A program made the position numbers and the translations under genes. This document shows positions 19,334-28,290 of a DNA stretch of 55,352 nt, in pieces. Location: NCBI GenBank assembly GCA_039185285.1, contig JBCDAQ010000001.1, forward strand, positions 1 through 55,352, in the 5' to 3' direction. The notes under the pieces are model-generated. The model saw only the letters and a list, made by a program, of their open reading frames with translations, was not told where the DNA came from and searched no databases. This DNA comes from Pseudomonadota bacterium. GTDB lineage: Bacteria; Pseudomonadota; Alphaproteobacteria; Rhodobacterales; Rhodobacteraceae. Each line of letters opens with the position of its first letter. Within the stretch, counting starts at the first letter, position 1.

Positions 19334-19911
19334 GGCACTACCTCGTTGTCAAACCAGGGATTCTTCTTGAGCCATGCGGTGTTCCGCCAACTCGGATGCG
19401 GCATTGGTAATAGACCATGCTGGATATGCGAACGCCAGTTTCGAACTGTCTCGGTTACGCTCTTGCTTCGCGCCTTACCTAAATGCCAAGCCTGTGCATA
19501 CTGACCGATCACCAGGGTTAGTTCGACCTGATCCAAGGTTCCCATGACCGAGCTTCGCCATTTTTCCGCACATAGTTTCGGAGGGGGCAGGTCAGATCCC
19601 TTGGCATCGTAACCTGGGAAGCAAAAACCCATCGGGACGATGGCAAGTTTAGATCGGTCGTAAAATACCTCTCGGTCAATACCCAGCCAGTTTCGCAATC
19701 GATCTCCCGAAGGGTCGTCGAACGGGATACCACTGGCATGGACCCGGGCACCAGGGGCTTGACCGACTATCAACACCCTCGCCATTGATGAGAGAACAAA
19801 TACTGGACGTGGTTCATGACGCGTTTCGGTCGCCCGAAATCTGTCCGCGCACACCCGACAGCCTTGGATATTGGCGACGAGTTCCTGTTGAAGCTGAACC
19901 TTTGCACCCAT
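19297..19911 (-). CDS. uracil-DNA glycosylase family protein
   Basis: CRVC, GQAPG, SGIPFDDPSGDRLR, PMGFCFPG, DLPPP, PHPSWRN. Confidence 0.92.
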   Translation of the reverse strand: MGAKVQLQQELVANIQGCRVCADRFRATETRHEPRPVFVLSSMARVLIVGQAPGARVHASGIPFDDPSGDRLRNWLGIDREVFYDRSKLAIVPMGFCFPGYDAKGSDLPPPKLCAEKWRSSVMGTLDQVELTLVIGQYAQAWHLGKARSKSVTETVRNWRSHIQHGLLPMPHPSWRNTAWLKKNPWFDNEVVPWLREAVGKLCS

Positions 19912-20098
19912 GACCTCTGCATATCGCGCCTTGCGTAAAAACGGCAAGCGCGCTACCCAAAATGAACCAGAAGCTCGGCAATGCGGCGGTTGAACCCTTG
20001 GGGCGAAACCTTGTTCGAAGAAGTTTCAGCTTCGCTCGTAGACCGAACCACCGAAGGCCTCCGATCAGGCCACATCATGAGGGGGGACTGACCGCGCC

Positions 20099-20581
20099 AT
20101 GCGCCTGTTCCTGATATCGTCGACCCTCTTCGCCTACTGGCTCCTGCTCTCGGGCGAGTGGGAGCATGAATGGCTGATATGGGCAGGCGGCATCCTCTCG
20201 ATCGCCGTAGTTGCCTACGTATTGGCCAAAGGCCTCACGGATGAAGAAGGTTTCCCGGTTGAAAAGCTCCCGCGTGCGTTGCTTTACTGGCCTTGGCTCG
20301 GCTGGCAGATTTTCCTGTCTGCACTGAATGTCACCCGGATTGTGCTGAGCCCAAGCCTCCCAATCTCACCACGCATGGTGAAAGTCCCGGCCGATCAGCG
20401 AACAGCCGTAGGGCTGACGACCTATGCGAACTCGATCACACTTACACCCGGGACAATCTCGGTTGAAGTGAGCGAACAAGACAAGTGCATCTGGGTCCAT
20501 GCGATCACGCAAGCCGGCGCCGACGGCATGGAAGACGATGAAATGAACCGCAAAGTGAGCTGGATGGAGGGCCGCGAGTGA
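20099..20581 (+). CDS. mnhE: Na+/H+ antiporter subunit E (MrpE/MnhE)
   Basis: YWLLLSG; ANSITLTPGTIS; VHA. Confidence 0.92.
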   Translation: MRLFLISSTLFAYWLLLSGEWEHEWLIWAGGILSIAVVAYVLAKGLTDEEGFPVEKLPRALLYWPWLGWQIFLSALNVTRIVLSPSLPISPRMVKVPADQRTAVGLTTYANSITLTPGTISVEVSEQDKCIWVHAITQAGADGMEDDEMNRKVSWMEGRE

Positions 20582-20892
20582 CGCTCGAGACCTTGGATAG
20601 CTGGCTCTGGATCCCACCGATCATTGCGGTGCTAGCGGCATTGGCACTGGCTGTCGCGCGCGTTCTATCAGGACCAACCGCTTTCGATCGATTGCTCGCG
20701 GCCAACGTGATCGGCAATGGCGCGATTCTGATACTGGCACTCTTTGGTTTTCTTACAGGTCGGCCAGAGTTCCTCGACATCGGCATCACGTACTCCTTGC
20801 TTAACGTGATCGGTCTGCTCGCGGTCTTGAAGTTCTTTCGCTACGGCGCCCTTGGTTATGCGCAAGAGACGAAGGGGGATGAAGATCAATGA
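20578..20892 (+). CDS. mnhF: Na+/H+ antiporter subunit F (MrpF/MnhF)
   Basis: GPTAFDRLLAAN, FLDIGITYSLL; three TMs; GTGA overlap. Confidence 0.9.
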   Translation: MTLETLDSWLWIPPIIAVLAALALAVARVLSGPTAFDRLLAANVIGNGAILILALFGFLTGRPEFLDIGITYSLLNVIGLLAVLKFFRYGALGYAQETKGDEDQ

Positions 20893-21338
20893 ACGAGGAG
20901 ATGTTGATCAATCTACTGAGCCTCGTTTGCCTGTCTTTGGGAGGTTTCTTCTTCCTGGTCGGCGCGATTGGCCTCAATCGTATGCCCGACCTCTTCACCA
21001 GGATGCACGCAACATCGGTAGGCGACACGATGGGCTTCGGCCTCCTTATCCTGGGGATGTGCCTTCAGGCGGGCTTCACGCTCGTTACTGTAAAACTCAT
21101 CTTCATCCTGGCCGTCGTTCTCTTTACAGGCGCGGTCGGCAGCCATGCTTTGGCCCGTGCGGCACTACATGACGGCGAAAAACCCATTCTTGCCAATGAC
21201 AAAGGAATTCTCGCCGAGACTGATCCATGTGAGGAGTTTCCTGAGCTGCGGGAGCGTTTATCAGAACCGCTCACCTCAGAGACGGTCAACGTGCAGGTCC
21301 TCGATCCAACGCGGGAGGCACGACCATCGAACTCCTGA
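20889..21338 (+). CDS. mnhG: Na+/H+ antiporter subunit G (MrpG/MnhG)
   Basis: GAIGLNRMPDLFTRMHATS, SHALARAA; long hydrophilic C-tail. Confidence 0.92.
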   Translation: MNEEMLINLLSLVCLSLGGFFFLVGAIGLNRMPDLFTRMHATSVGDTMGFGLLILGMCLQAGFTLVTVKLIFILAVVLFTGAVGSHALARAALHDGEKPILANDKGILAETDPCEEFPELRERLSEPLTSETVNVQVLDPTREARPSNS

Positions 21339-21343
21339 TCAAC

Positions 21344-21856
21344 ATGGTATTACTTACCTTGCTCGCCATCGTGACGCTGGGCGTAATGCGGGTGCGTCAG
21401 CTCTTTGCCGTGGTCGTGCTGGCTGGGGCCTATAGCTTCCTGATGGCCTCGGTCATGGTGATCCTAGACGGCGTTGATGTCGCGATGACTGAGGCCTCGG
21501 TGGGTGCGGGAATCTCGACCGTCTTGTTGCTTGGCGCGCTGCATCTTACGAAAACCCGCGAGGCCGAGCCGCGTTACACCGCTATCCTGCCCATGTTGGT
21601 GGCCGTGGGTACTGGCGTGATGCTCGTCTACGGCACTTGGGAGCTACCTGCTTTTGGCCTCGCGGACTCGCCGATGAATACCGGTGTCGGTGCCTATTAC
21701 ATCGAGCACAACTACCACGACACGCATATCCCAAACATCGTTACCGCCGTCTTGGCCAGTTATCGCGGCTTTGACACCCTGGGAGAGGTCGCCGTGATCT
21801 TCACAGCAGGGATCGGGGTCATGCTCCTCCTCAAACGCTACAAGACGGAGGACTGA
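21344..21856 (+). CDS. DUF4040/MrpA C-terminal-like subunit (MnhB-related)
   Basis: DVAMTEASVGAGISTVL and PNIVTAVLASYRGFDTLGE. The true start may be upstream (see findings). Confidence 0.88.
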   Translation: MVLLTLLAIVTLGVMRVRQLFAVVVLAGAYSFLMASVMVILDGVDVAMTEASVGAGISTVLLLGALHLTKTREAEPRYTAILPMLVAVGTGVMLVYGTWELPAFGLADSPMNTGVGAYYIEHNYHDTHIPNIVTAVLASYRGFDTLGEVAVIFTAGIGVMLLLKRYKTED

Positions 21857-21860
21857 GCTC

Positions 21861-22298
21861 ATGCGCATGGATGTCATCCTCCGCGTCACCGCAAAATTCT
21901 TCATCCCCTTTATGCTGATCTTTGGGCTTTACGTTCAGTTGCACGGGGACTTTGGGCCAGGAGGCGGGTTTCAAGCGGGCGTAATCATCGCCGCGGCAAT
22001 CATCTTCTACGCCATCATTTGGGGCCGGGAGGCCGCGATCCGCGTTATGCCCATTTGGGTAGTCGAGGCGATGGTACCCCTTGGTGTACTGATCTACGGC
22101 GCAGTCGGGATCTATGGGATCATGACGGGAGGTAACTACCTCGATTATAACGGCCTCGTACACGCGCCGCCGACACATGAACAGGCTGTCCACGGTCAGC
22201 ACTGGGGTGTTTTCTTGGTTGAGATCGGCGTCCTCGTCTCAGTCACCGGGACGATGATCGCAATTTTCTACGCCTTCACGGGGAGAAGCACGAAATGA
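21861..22298 (+). CDS. mnhB: Na+/H+ antiporter subunit B (MrpB/MnhB)
   Basis: HGDFGPGGGFQAG, EIGV. Confidence 0.92.
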   Translation: MRMDVILRVTAKFFIPFMLIFGLYVQLHGDFGPGGGFQAGVIIAAAIIFYAIIWGREAAIRVMPIWVVEAMVPLGVLIYGAVGIYGIMTGGNYLDYNGLVHAPPTHEQAVHGQHWGVFLVEIGVLVSVTGTMIAIFYAFTGRSTK

Positions 22299-22681
22299 GC
22301 CTCGTCGAAGAAGTAGCTGCACACTATAATTACTGGGTCACCATCTTCCTGATGTGCGCTGGCCTCTACATCGTGGTCGCGAAGTCAAACATGGTTAAGA
22401 CGCTGGTGGGCCTCGGGATCTTCCAAACCTCAGTTTATCTTCTCTACCTATCGCCTGGGAAGATCCTGGGTGGAACGCCGCCTATCCTCCTCGATAACAA
22501 GAAGGCCGAGGTTCTCTATTCGAACCCTCTGCCCCACGTGTTGATTCTGACGGCGATTGTCGTGGGTGTTGCCACGCTTGCGCTCGGACTCGCGCTTACC
22601 GTTCGGGTTCATGAGGCGTACGGCACGATCGAAGAAGATGACGTTGTCACCGCCGTCGATCGCGAGGATTACGCCGAATGA
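22295..22681 (+). CDS. mnhC: Na+/H+ antiporter subunit C (MrpC/MnhC)
   Basis: NPLPHVLILTAIVVG...YGTIEED. Confidence 0.93.
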   Translation: MSLVEEVAAHYNYWVTIFLMCAGLYIVVAKSNMVKTLVGLGIFQTSVYLLYLSPGKILGGTPPILLDNKKAEVLYSNPLPHVLILTAIVVGVATLALGLALTVRVHEAYGTIEEDDVVTAVDREDYAE

Positions 22682-24204
22682 GCGGACCGACTGAGGCGGT
22701 GGCCATCGACTGGATGGTCCATATGCCTGCGTTGCAGGTTGCCGTGCCAATGTTGGGCGCAACAATTACGGCGATTGTGCGCAAAGGCCCGCTTTGTTCA
22801 CTGATCAGCCTCGTGATCTGCCTGTCGATGCCGGTGATCTCGGCACTTATCCTGCACGATGTGCTGGTACATGGCACGATCTCCTACGCGATGGGATCCT
22901 GGCAGCCCCCCGTGGGGATCGAGTACCGCATAGACGCACTGAACGGCTTTGTCCTTTTCCTTGTCTCGCTAATCGCTGCACTGGTTGCGATCTGGATGCC
23001 TCAATCCATTGCCGATGAGGTGGCGCCTGAGCGTCAGGGCTGGACCTACACCATGTACTTGATGGCCCTTTGCGGTCTTCTCGGCATGACGATCACAGGC
23101 GACGCGTTCAACATCTTTGTGTTTATGGAGATCTCGTCGCTCGCCACTTATGTCCTGATCGCCATGGGCCAGGACCGCAGGGCCTTGGTCGCGGCCTATC
23201 AGTACCTGATCATCGGGACGATTGGTGCGACGTTCTACGTGATCGGGGTCGGCATCCTGTTCAGCATGACAGGCACGCTAAACCTAAACGATATGGCCCA
23301 GATCATCCCCACCATCGAGGCTGAGCGCCCGATCCTGGCAGGGGGAGCTTTCATCATCGTTGGCATCGGCCTCAAACTTGCACTGTTCCCTCTTCACCGC
23401 TGGTTGCCAAACGCCTACGCTTTCGCACCATCTTCAGCGACGGTGTTCCTGGCCGCGACCGCGACCAAGGTCGCAGTTTATCTTCTGATCCGATTCACCT
23501 ACTCGATCTTTGGTGATGATCTCTTGTTCGATGAGAACAACGCCCAGGTGGTGCTGCTGATCCTAGCAAGCCTGGGCATGGTGATGCCGTCGATCATCGC
23601 TGTCTTCCAAGTTAATGTGAAGAAGATGCTCGCGTTTTCTTCGGTGAGCCAAGTGGGCTACATGCTCATGGGGATCGGGATCGCCAATGTTGTCGGCCTT
23701 ACCGGCGGCATCGCTCATATGTTTAACCACGCGATCATCAAAGCGGCGCTCTTTCTCGCGATCGGATGCGTGGTCTATTCAACTGGGATCCGCCGGATTG
23801 AGCAGCTCAACGGGATCGGCCGGACCATGCCGTTCACCATGGCCGCCTTCGCCATCGCTGGCATGGGCTTAATCGGAGTACCTGGCACAGCCGGGTTCGT
23901 CTCGAAGTGGATGCTCATCCAAGGTGCGGCAGAGGCCGGGATGTGGTGGCTGATCGTCGTCATCGCGATCTCCTCAGTCCTTGCTGTATTCTATATCGGC
24001 CGCGTCATCGAGGTCGCCTGGTTTCGCCCTCCAAATGACGCCGCAGATCTTCCACGCGACCTGCCGGTCGAGATGACTGTGATCACTTGGATCATGGCGC
24101 TGGCCGTTATCTATTTCGGTATCGATAGCGGCATTAGTGTCGAAATCCCTGCCCTCGCGGCCGAGGCCTTAATGTCCAGTTGGGCCGAGGGAGGCACGCA
24201 ATGA
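22678..24204 (+). CDS. mnhD: Na+/H+ antiporter subunit D (MrpD, NuoM/N-like) copy 1
   Basis: GSWQPPVGIEYRID, GDAFNIFVFMEI, KLALFPLHRWLP, ATKV, KKMLAFSSVSQVGY. Confidence 0.93.
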   Translation: MSGPTEAVAIDWMVHMPALQVAVPMLGATITAIVRKGPLCSLISLVICLSMPVISALILHDVLVHGTISYAMGSWQPPVGIEYRIDALNGFVLFLVSLIAALVAIWMPQSIADEVAPERQGWTYTMYLMALCGLLGMTITGDAFNIFVFMEISSLATYVLIAMGQDRRALVAAYQYLIIGTIGATFYVIGVGILFSMTGTLNLNDMAQIIPTIEAERPILAGGAFIIVGIGLKLALFPLHRWLPNAYAFAPSSATVFLAATATKVAVYLLIRFTYSIFGDDLLFDENNAQVVLLILASLGMVMPSIIAVFQVNVKKMLAFSSVSQVGYMLMGIGIANVVGLTGGIAHMFNHAIIKAALFLAIGCVVYSTGIRRIEQLNGIGRTMPFTMAAFAIAGMGLIGVPGTAGFVSKWMLIQGAAEAGMWWLIVVIAISSVLAVFYIGRVIEVAWFRPPNDAADLPRDLPVEMTVITWIMALAVIYFGIDSGISVEIPALAAEALMSSWAEGGTQ

Positions 24205-25706
24205 TCACGGGCTTCTCGGATGCGCAGCTGATCTACATTGCGCTTCTTCTGCCGCTCTTCGGTGCGCTTGGCATCTGGGCGACGGGTCGCAACCCAAACC
24301 TACGAGAGACCGTGACGATGGCAACAGCCGTCGGCACCTTTTTTGTGGTCGTTCTAACCCTCCTGCCGAAGGTTCTAGCTGGAGAGCAGCCTGCCACCCC
24401 GGACTTGCACATGTTCGGGCCCGTCAATGTGCAATTCACGATCGAGCCTTTGGGGATGCTCTTCGGCACGATCGCGTCAAGCCTATGGATCGTGAACTCG
24501 ATCTATTCGATCGGCTACATGCGCGGGAACAACGAGCCACGACAAACGATCTTTTACATGTGTTTCGCGATCGCCATCTCATCAGCGCTTGGGATCGCAT
24601 TTGCCGGGAACCTGTTTACGCTCTTCCTGTTCTATGAGCTTCTCACCATCTCGACCTATCCGCTCGTCACACACAAAGCGAATGATGAGGCAATGGTGTC
24701 GGGTAGAACTTACCTGATCCTGCTCATCTCCACCTCTATGGCGCTCCTGCTGCCAGCGGTCATCTGGACCCATGTGGCCGCCGGTGGATCGGAGTTTGCG
24801 GGCGGCGGCATTCTTGCTGGCGCTGGCCTTTCGGCTGGTATGCTTGCGGTGCTCTACACGCTTTACGCATTTGGGATCGGCAAAGCAGCACTGATGCCCT
24901 TCCACTTCTGGCTGCCCGCCGCGATGGTAGCACCCACGCCCGTATCTGCACTGCTGCACGCCGTGGCAGTCGTGAAAGCGGGGGTCTTCTCGGTGGTCAA
25001 AATCACGGTCTACATTTTCGGCATAGACCTGTTGTCCGAGACCGGCGCGTCGGATCCCATCCTCTACGTCGCAGGTTTTACGGTAATTTGCGCGTCGCTC
25101 ATCGCGCTCTTCCAAGATAACCTAAAGAAACGTTTGGCATTTTCGACGATCTCCCAATTATCCTATGTCGTGATGGCGGCCGCCCTGGCGACACCGGCTG
25201 CCATTTTCGGCGCGGCGTTGCATATTGCGGCTCACGCAGTCTCGAAGATCACACTCTTCTTCGCAGCAGGCTCCATCTACACTGCCGCGCACCTAACCGA
25301 GATCAGCCAGCTTGATGGATTAGCCAAACGCCAACCGTGGACCTTTGCCGCGTTCCTAATCGGTGCGCTCTCGATCATTGGGCTGCCGCCATTCATCGGC
25401 CTTTGGTCCAAATGGTGGATCGGGGTTGGGGCCGCTGATGGCGGAGACTATTGGGTCATCGCCGTCCTGATGATCTCGTCACTTCTGAATGTCGCCTATT
25501 TGCTGCCGATCGTCGCCCGGGGGTGGTTCGCGCCCGGCGTTGACGACACCCCGCAAGCGACCCACGAAGCCCCTTTCCCCATGATGGCAGCGATCGCCAT
25601 AACCGCAATCTTGTGCGCCGTGCTCTTCTTTGGCATCGGCCCACTTCTGGATCTCGTCCAGCAGATCAAGCTCACGGCGCCCGCATCCGGAGGAACCAAT
25701 GGCTGA
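24201..25706 (+). CDS. MrpD-like proton-conducting membrane subunit copy 2
   Basis: LFLFYELLT, GKAALMPFHFWLPAAM, APTPVSALLHAVAVVKAG, LKKRLAFSTISQL; ATGA overlap. Confidence 0.92.
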   Translation: MITGFSDAQLIYIALLLPLFGALGIWATGRNPNLRETVTMATAVGTFFVVVLTLLPKVLAGEQPATPDLHMFGPVNVQFTIEPLGMLFGTIASSLWIVNSIYSIGYMRGNNEPRQTIFYMCFAIAISSALGIAFAGNLFTLFLFYELLTISTYPLVTHKANDEAMVSGRTYLILLISTSMALLLPAVIWTHVAAGGSEFAGGGILAGAGLSAGMLAVLYTLYAFGIGKAALMPFHFWLPAAMVAPTPVSALLHAVAVVKAGVFSVVKITVYIFGIDLLSETGASDPILYVAGFTVICASLIALFQDNLKKRLAFSTISQLSYVVMAAALATPAAIFGAALHIAAHAVSKITLFFAAGSIYTAAHLTEISQLDGLAKRQPWTFAAFLIGALSIIGLPPFIGLWSKWWIGVGAADGGDYWVIAVLMISSLLNVAYLLPIVARGWFAPGVDDTPQATHEAPFPMMAAIAITAILCAVLFFGIGPLLDLVQQIKLTAPASGGTNG

Positions 25707-26010
25707 CCGTCTCTACACCGACCGCCACCCGGACATTCGCGACGACGTGCCGATGAAGCATCCAAACGAGCCAAAGGCCTGGATCTACAAACCCAAGAAC
25801 ATTACCAGAATTGTCTACACCGTCTATGGAACCTGCGCGGTGTTGCTGCTCATCGACCCATTCGTTCACAAACACGGGTACTTCGAGATCGAGCATCTTT
25901 GGGGTTTCTACGGAATCTACGGGTTTATAGGCTCCGTTTTCCTCGTGCTGGCAGCGAAGGAGCTGCGCCGCTTCCTCCAGAAACCGGAGGATTATTATGA
26001 TGATAAGTGA
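25699..26010 (+). CDS. small two-TM protein inside the Mrp operon
   Basis: SD GGAGG; overlaps both neighbours; GFYGIYGFIGSVFLVLAAK...EDYYD. Confidence 0.8.
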   Translation: MADRLYTDRHPDIRDDVPMKHPNEPKAWIYKPKNITRIVYTVYGTCAVLLLIDPFVHKHGYFEIEHLWGFYGIYGFIGSVFLVLAAKELRRFLQKPEDYYDDK

Positions 26011-27691
26011 GCTCTCTCCGGGACTTATCTTGATCCTTGGTGCTCTCCTGATCCCATTTTTACCTGGGAAGCTGAGGGTCATCTGGGTCGTCACGCTGCC
26101 GGTTCTCGGGTTCCTCCAAGCCCTGTCGCTAGAGCCTGGTCTATCAGGCCAGTTCGAAGTAATGGGTTTGGAGCTGACCACTGTGCGCCTCGACGGTCTC
26201 AGTCGGATTTTCGGCTACGTCTTCCTGATCGCAGCTTTTATTGGAGGGATCTACGCCTTTCACAAAGGCGGCTGGGTCGAGCATACAGCAGGCGCTATCT
26301 ATGCAGGGAGCGCGATCGGGGCGGTCTACGCGGGCGATCTGGTCACTCTGTTCCTCTTTTGGGAGGGCACGGCGATTGCGTCAGTCTTCCTCATATGGGC
26401 GTCACGCACCGAGGCGGCTCTAGCCGCCGGTATCCGCTATCTTGTTATCCAGGTCGGCTCGGGAGTTCTGCTGCTAGCGGGCACGATCATCCACTATGGC
26501 GACACCGGCTCCATCGCTTTTGACAGCTTTGACCTTGGAACGACCGCTGGCATCTTGATCTTTATCGCCTTCGGCATCAAGGCCGCTTTCCCGTTCATGC
26601 ACAACTGGTTGCAGGACGCCTACCCGCAGGCCACCGTGACCGGCACGGTGATCCTGTCCGCCTTCACCACCAAGCTCGCCATTTACTCGTTGGCGCGCGG
26701 GTACGCGGGCACCGAGATCCTTATCCCGATCGGTGCCACGATGACCGCATTCCCAATCTTCATGGCGGTGATCGAGAACGATCTGCGCCGGGTACTCGCC
26801 TACTCGCTGAACAACCAGCTCGGCTTCATGGTCGTGGGCGTGGGCATCGGGACGGATCTTGCGATCAGCGGGGCGGCCGCGCACGCTTTCTGCCACATCA
26901 TCTACAAGGCGCTTCTGTTCATGAGCATCGGCGCCGTCCTTTTCCGTACCGGCACGGCCAAAGGGTCCGAGCTCGGCGGGCTCTACCGCACGATGCCCTG
27001 GACGATGACCTTCTGTATCATCGGAGCTGCTTCGATCTCCGCCTTCCCACTCTTCTCGGGCTTCGTGTCGAAGTCGCTCATAATCTCAGCTGCGCTGAAG
27101 GAAGGGTATTTCTGGACGTGGCTCGTGCTTCTCTTCGCCTCTGCGGGCGTGTTCCACCACTCAGGCATCAAGATCCCATTCTTCGCCTTCTTCGCTCATG
27201 ACAGCGGCATGCGGCCGAAAGAGGCACCGTTGAACATGCTCATTGCCATGGGAATAGCCTCGGCGTTCTGCATCGGGATCGGCGTTTTCCCAGGGCTCCT
27301 CTACGATATCCTTCCCTATGATGTGAAGTACCATGCCTACACGCTCGAACACGTGGTCACACAGCTCCAACTCCTGCTCTTCGCAGCACTTGCATTCACG
27401 ATCCTGATGCGGACCGGCCTCTATCCGCCAGAGCTGCGCGCGACGCATCTTGATAGCGACTGGTTCTATCGCGGTCTGCCACGGCTCCTCCGCCAGAGAC
27501 TTGGATTTAGCTGGGCGCTGGCCTGGGATGAGTTGTTAGACCGGCTCGACATACTATGGGCCTGGACTAAGTCTGAGCTCTTCCGAACCCACGGGGCAGA
27601 AGGTTTGCTTGCACGCACCCGACCCTCCGGCGCCACTGCGCTCTGGATGACGGTCGTCCTCTGCGCCTTCCTCTTGACCGCCTTTCTCTAG
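25997..27691 (+). CDS. MrpD-like Na+/H+ antiporter subunit copy 3
   Basis: LFLFWE, IKAAFPFMHNWLQDAYP, FTTK, RRVLAYS, KALLFM. Confidence 0.92.
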   Translation: MMISELSPGLILILGALLIPFLPGKLRVIWVVTLPVLGFLQALSLEPGLSGQFEVMGLELTTVRLDGLSRIFGYVFLIAAFIGGIYAFHKGGWVEHTAGAIYAGSAIGAVYAGDLVTLFLFWEGTAIASVFLIWASRTEAALAAGIRYLVIQVGSGVLLLAGTIIHYGDTGSIAFDSFDLGTTAGILIFIAFGIKAAFPFMHNWLQDAYPQATVTGTVILSAFTTKLAIYSLARGYAGTEILIPIGATMTAFPIFMAVIENDLRRVLAYSLNNQLGFMVVGVGIGTDLAISGAAAHAFCHIIYKALLFMSIGAVLFRTGTAKGSELGGLYRTMPWTMTFCIIGAASISAFPLFSGFVSKSLIISAALKEGYFWTWLVLLFASAGVFHHSGIKIPFFAFFAHDSGMRPKEAPLNMLIAMGIASAFCIGIGVFPGLLYDILPYDVKYHAYTLEHVVTQLQLLLFAALAFTILMRTGLYPPELRATHLDSDWFYRGLPRLLRQRLGFSWALAWDELLDRLDILWAWTKSELFRTHGAEGLLARTRPSGATALWMTVVLCAFLLTAFL

Positions 27692-27711
27692 CGGATCGTC
27701 ACCACCCATCG

Positions 27712-27741
27712 CCCCTCCCCCAACGGGGGAGGCCGGGAAGG
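27712..27741. repeat. GC-rich inverted repeat between convergent genes (terminator or REP-like remnant)
   Basis: CCTCCCCC-aac-GGGGGAGG hairpin at 27714-27732. Confidence 0.45.
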
Positions 27742-27770
27742 TCTCACTCCGATAGGTTCAAGAAAGTCGC

Positions 27771-28223
27771 CTAGTCCAGACCGAGCCGAGCCTTGACCCG
27801 TTGGCGTGCCAGACCTGCGTCTCGATCTTCGACATAGAGCAGACCGCAAAGCTTGCGCACCAAAGCGCTCTCAGTGTGATCAGACGCCCCATCAGCAAAA
27901 GCCACTTCCCAGATCGCTTCGATGACTGCGACCCGCTCCTCATGGGGTACAACTCTCTTGATGGCGCGGGTAAAGCGAACGAGGTCAGCCGCCTCGGCGA
28001 ACGACAGCTCGCCCTCATTCAGCAATGCTTGTGCTGTAGGCACATCTAAGTCGTAGTGCCGGCCTAGAATTTCGACAATCGTTGCGGATTCGGAGGGTTC
28101 ATAGACACCATCCGCCTTTGCCGCCGCAACCAACAGCGCAGCAACCGCTTCACGCCCGGCCTCTTCTGGCAGTTCAACGTCAGCTTCTGGATTCCGGAAG
28201 AGTTGGATGAGATCGTTGATCAT
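27771..28223 (-). CDS. TerB family (tellurite resistance-like) protein
   Basis: AVAALLVAAAKADG...E; FTRAIK; WEVAFADG...E..LVRKLCGLL. Confidence 0.88.
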   Translation of the reverse strand: MINDLIQLFRNPEADVELPEEAGREAVAALLVAAAKADGVYEPSESATIVEILGRHYDLDVPTAQALLNEGELSFAEAADLVRFTRAIKRVVPHEERVAVIEAIWEVAFADGASDHTESALVRKLCGLLYVEDRDAGLARQRVKARLGLD

Positions 28224-28290
28224 ACAAAGCACCTTAGCTGGCAAGTGGAAGACATCAAGCGACACAGTCGTACATTTGACACGATGGCGA

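Noticed and set aside
19950-20098. Na+/Li+ or fluoride riboswitch upstream of the Mrp operon
   Set aside because: I could not match any known consensus by eye; cmscan against Rfam would be needed.
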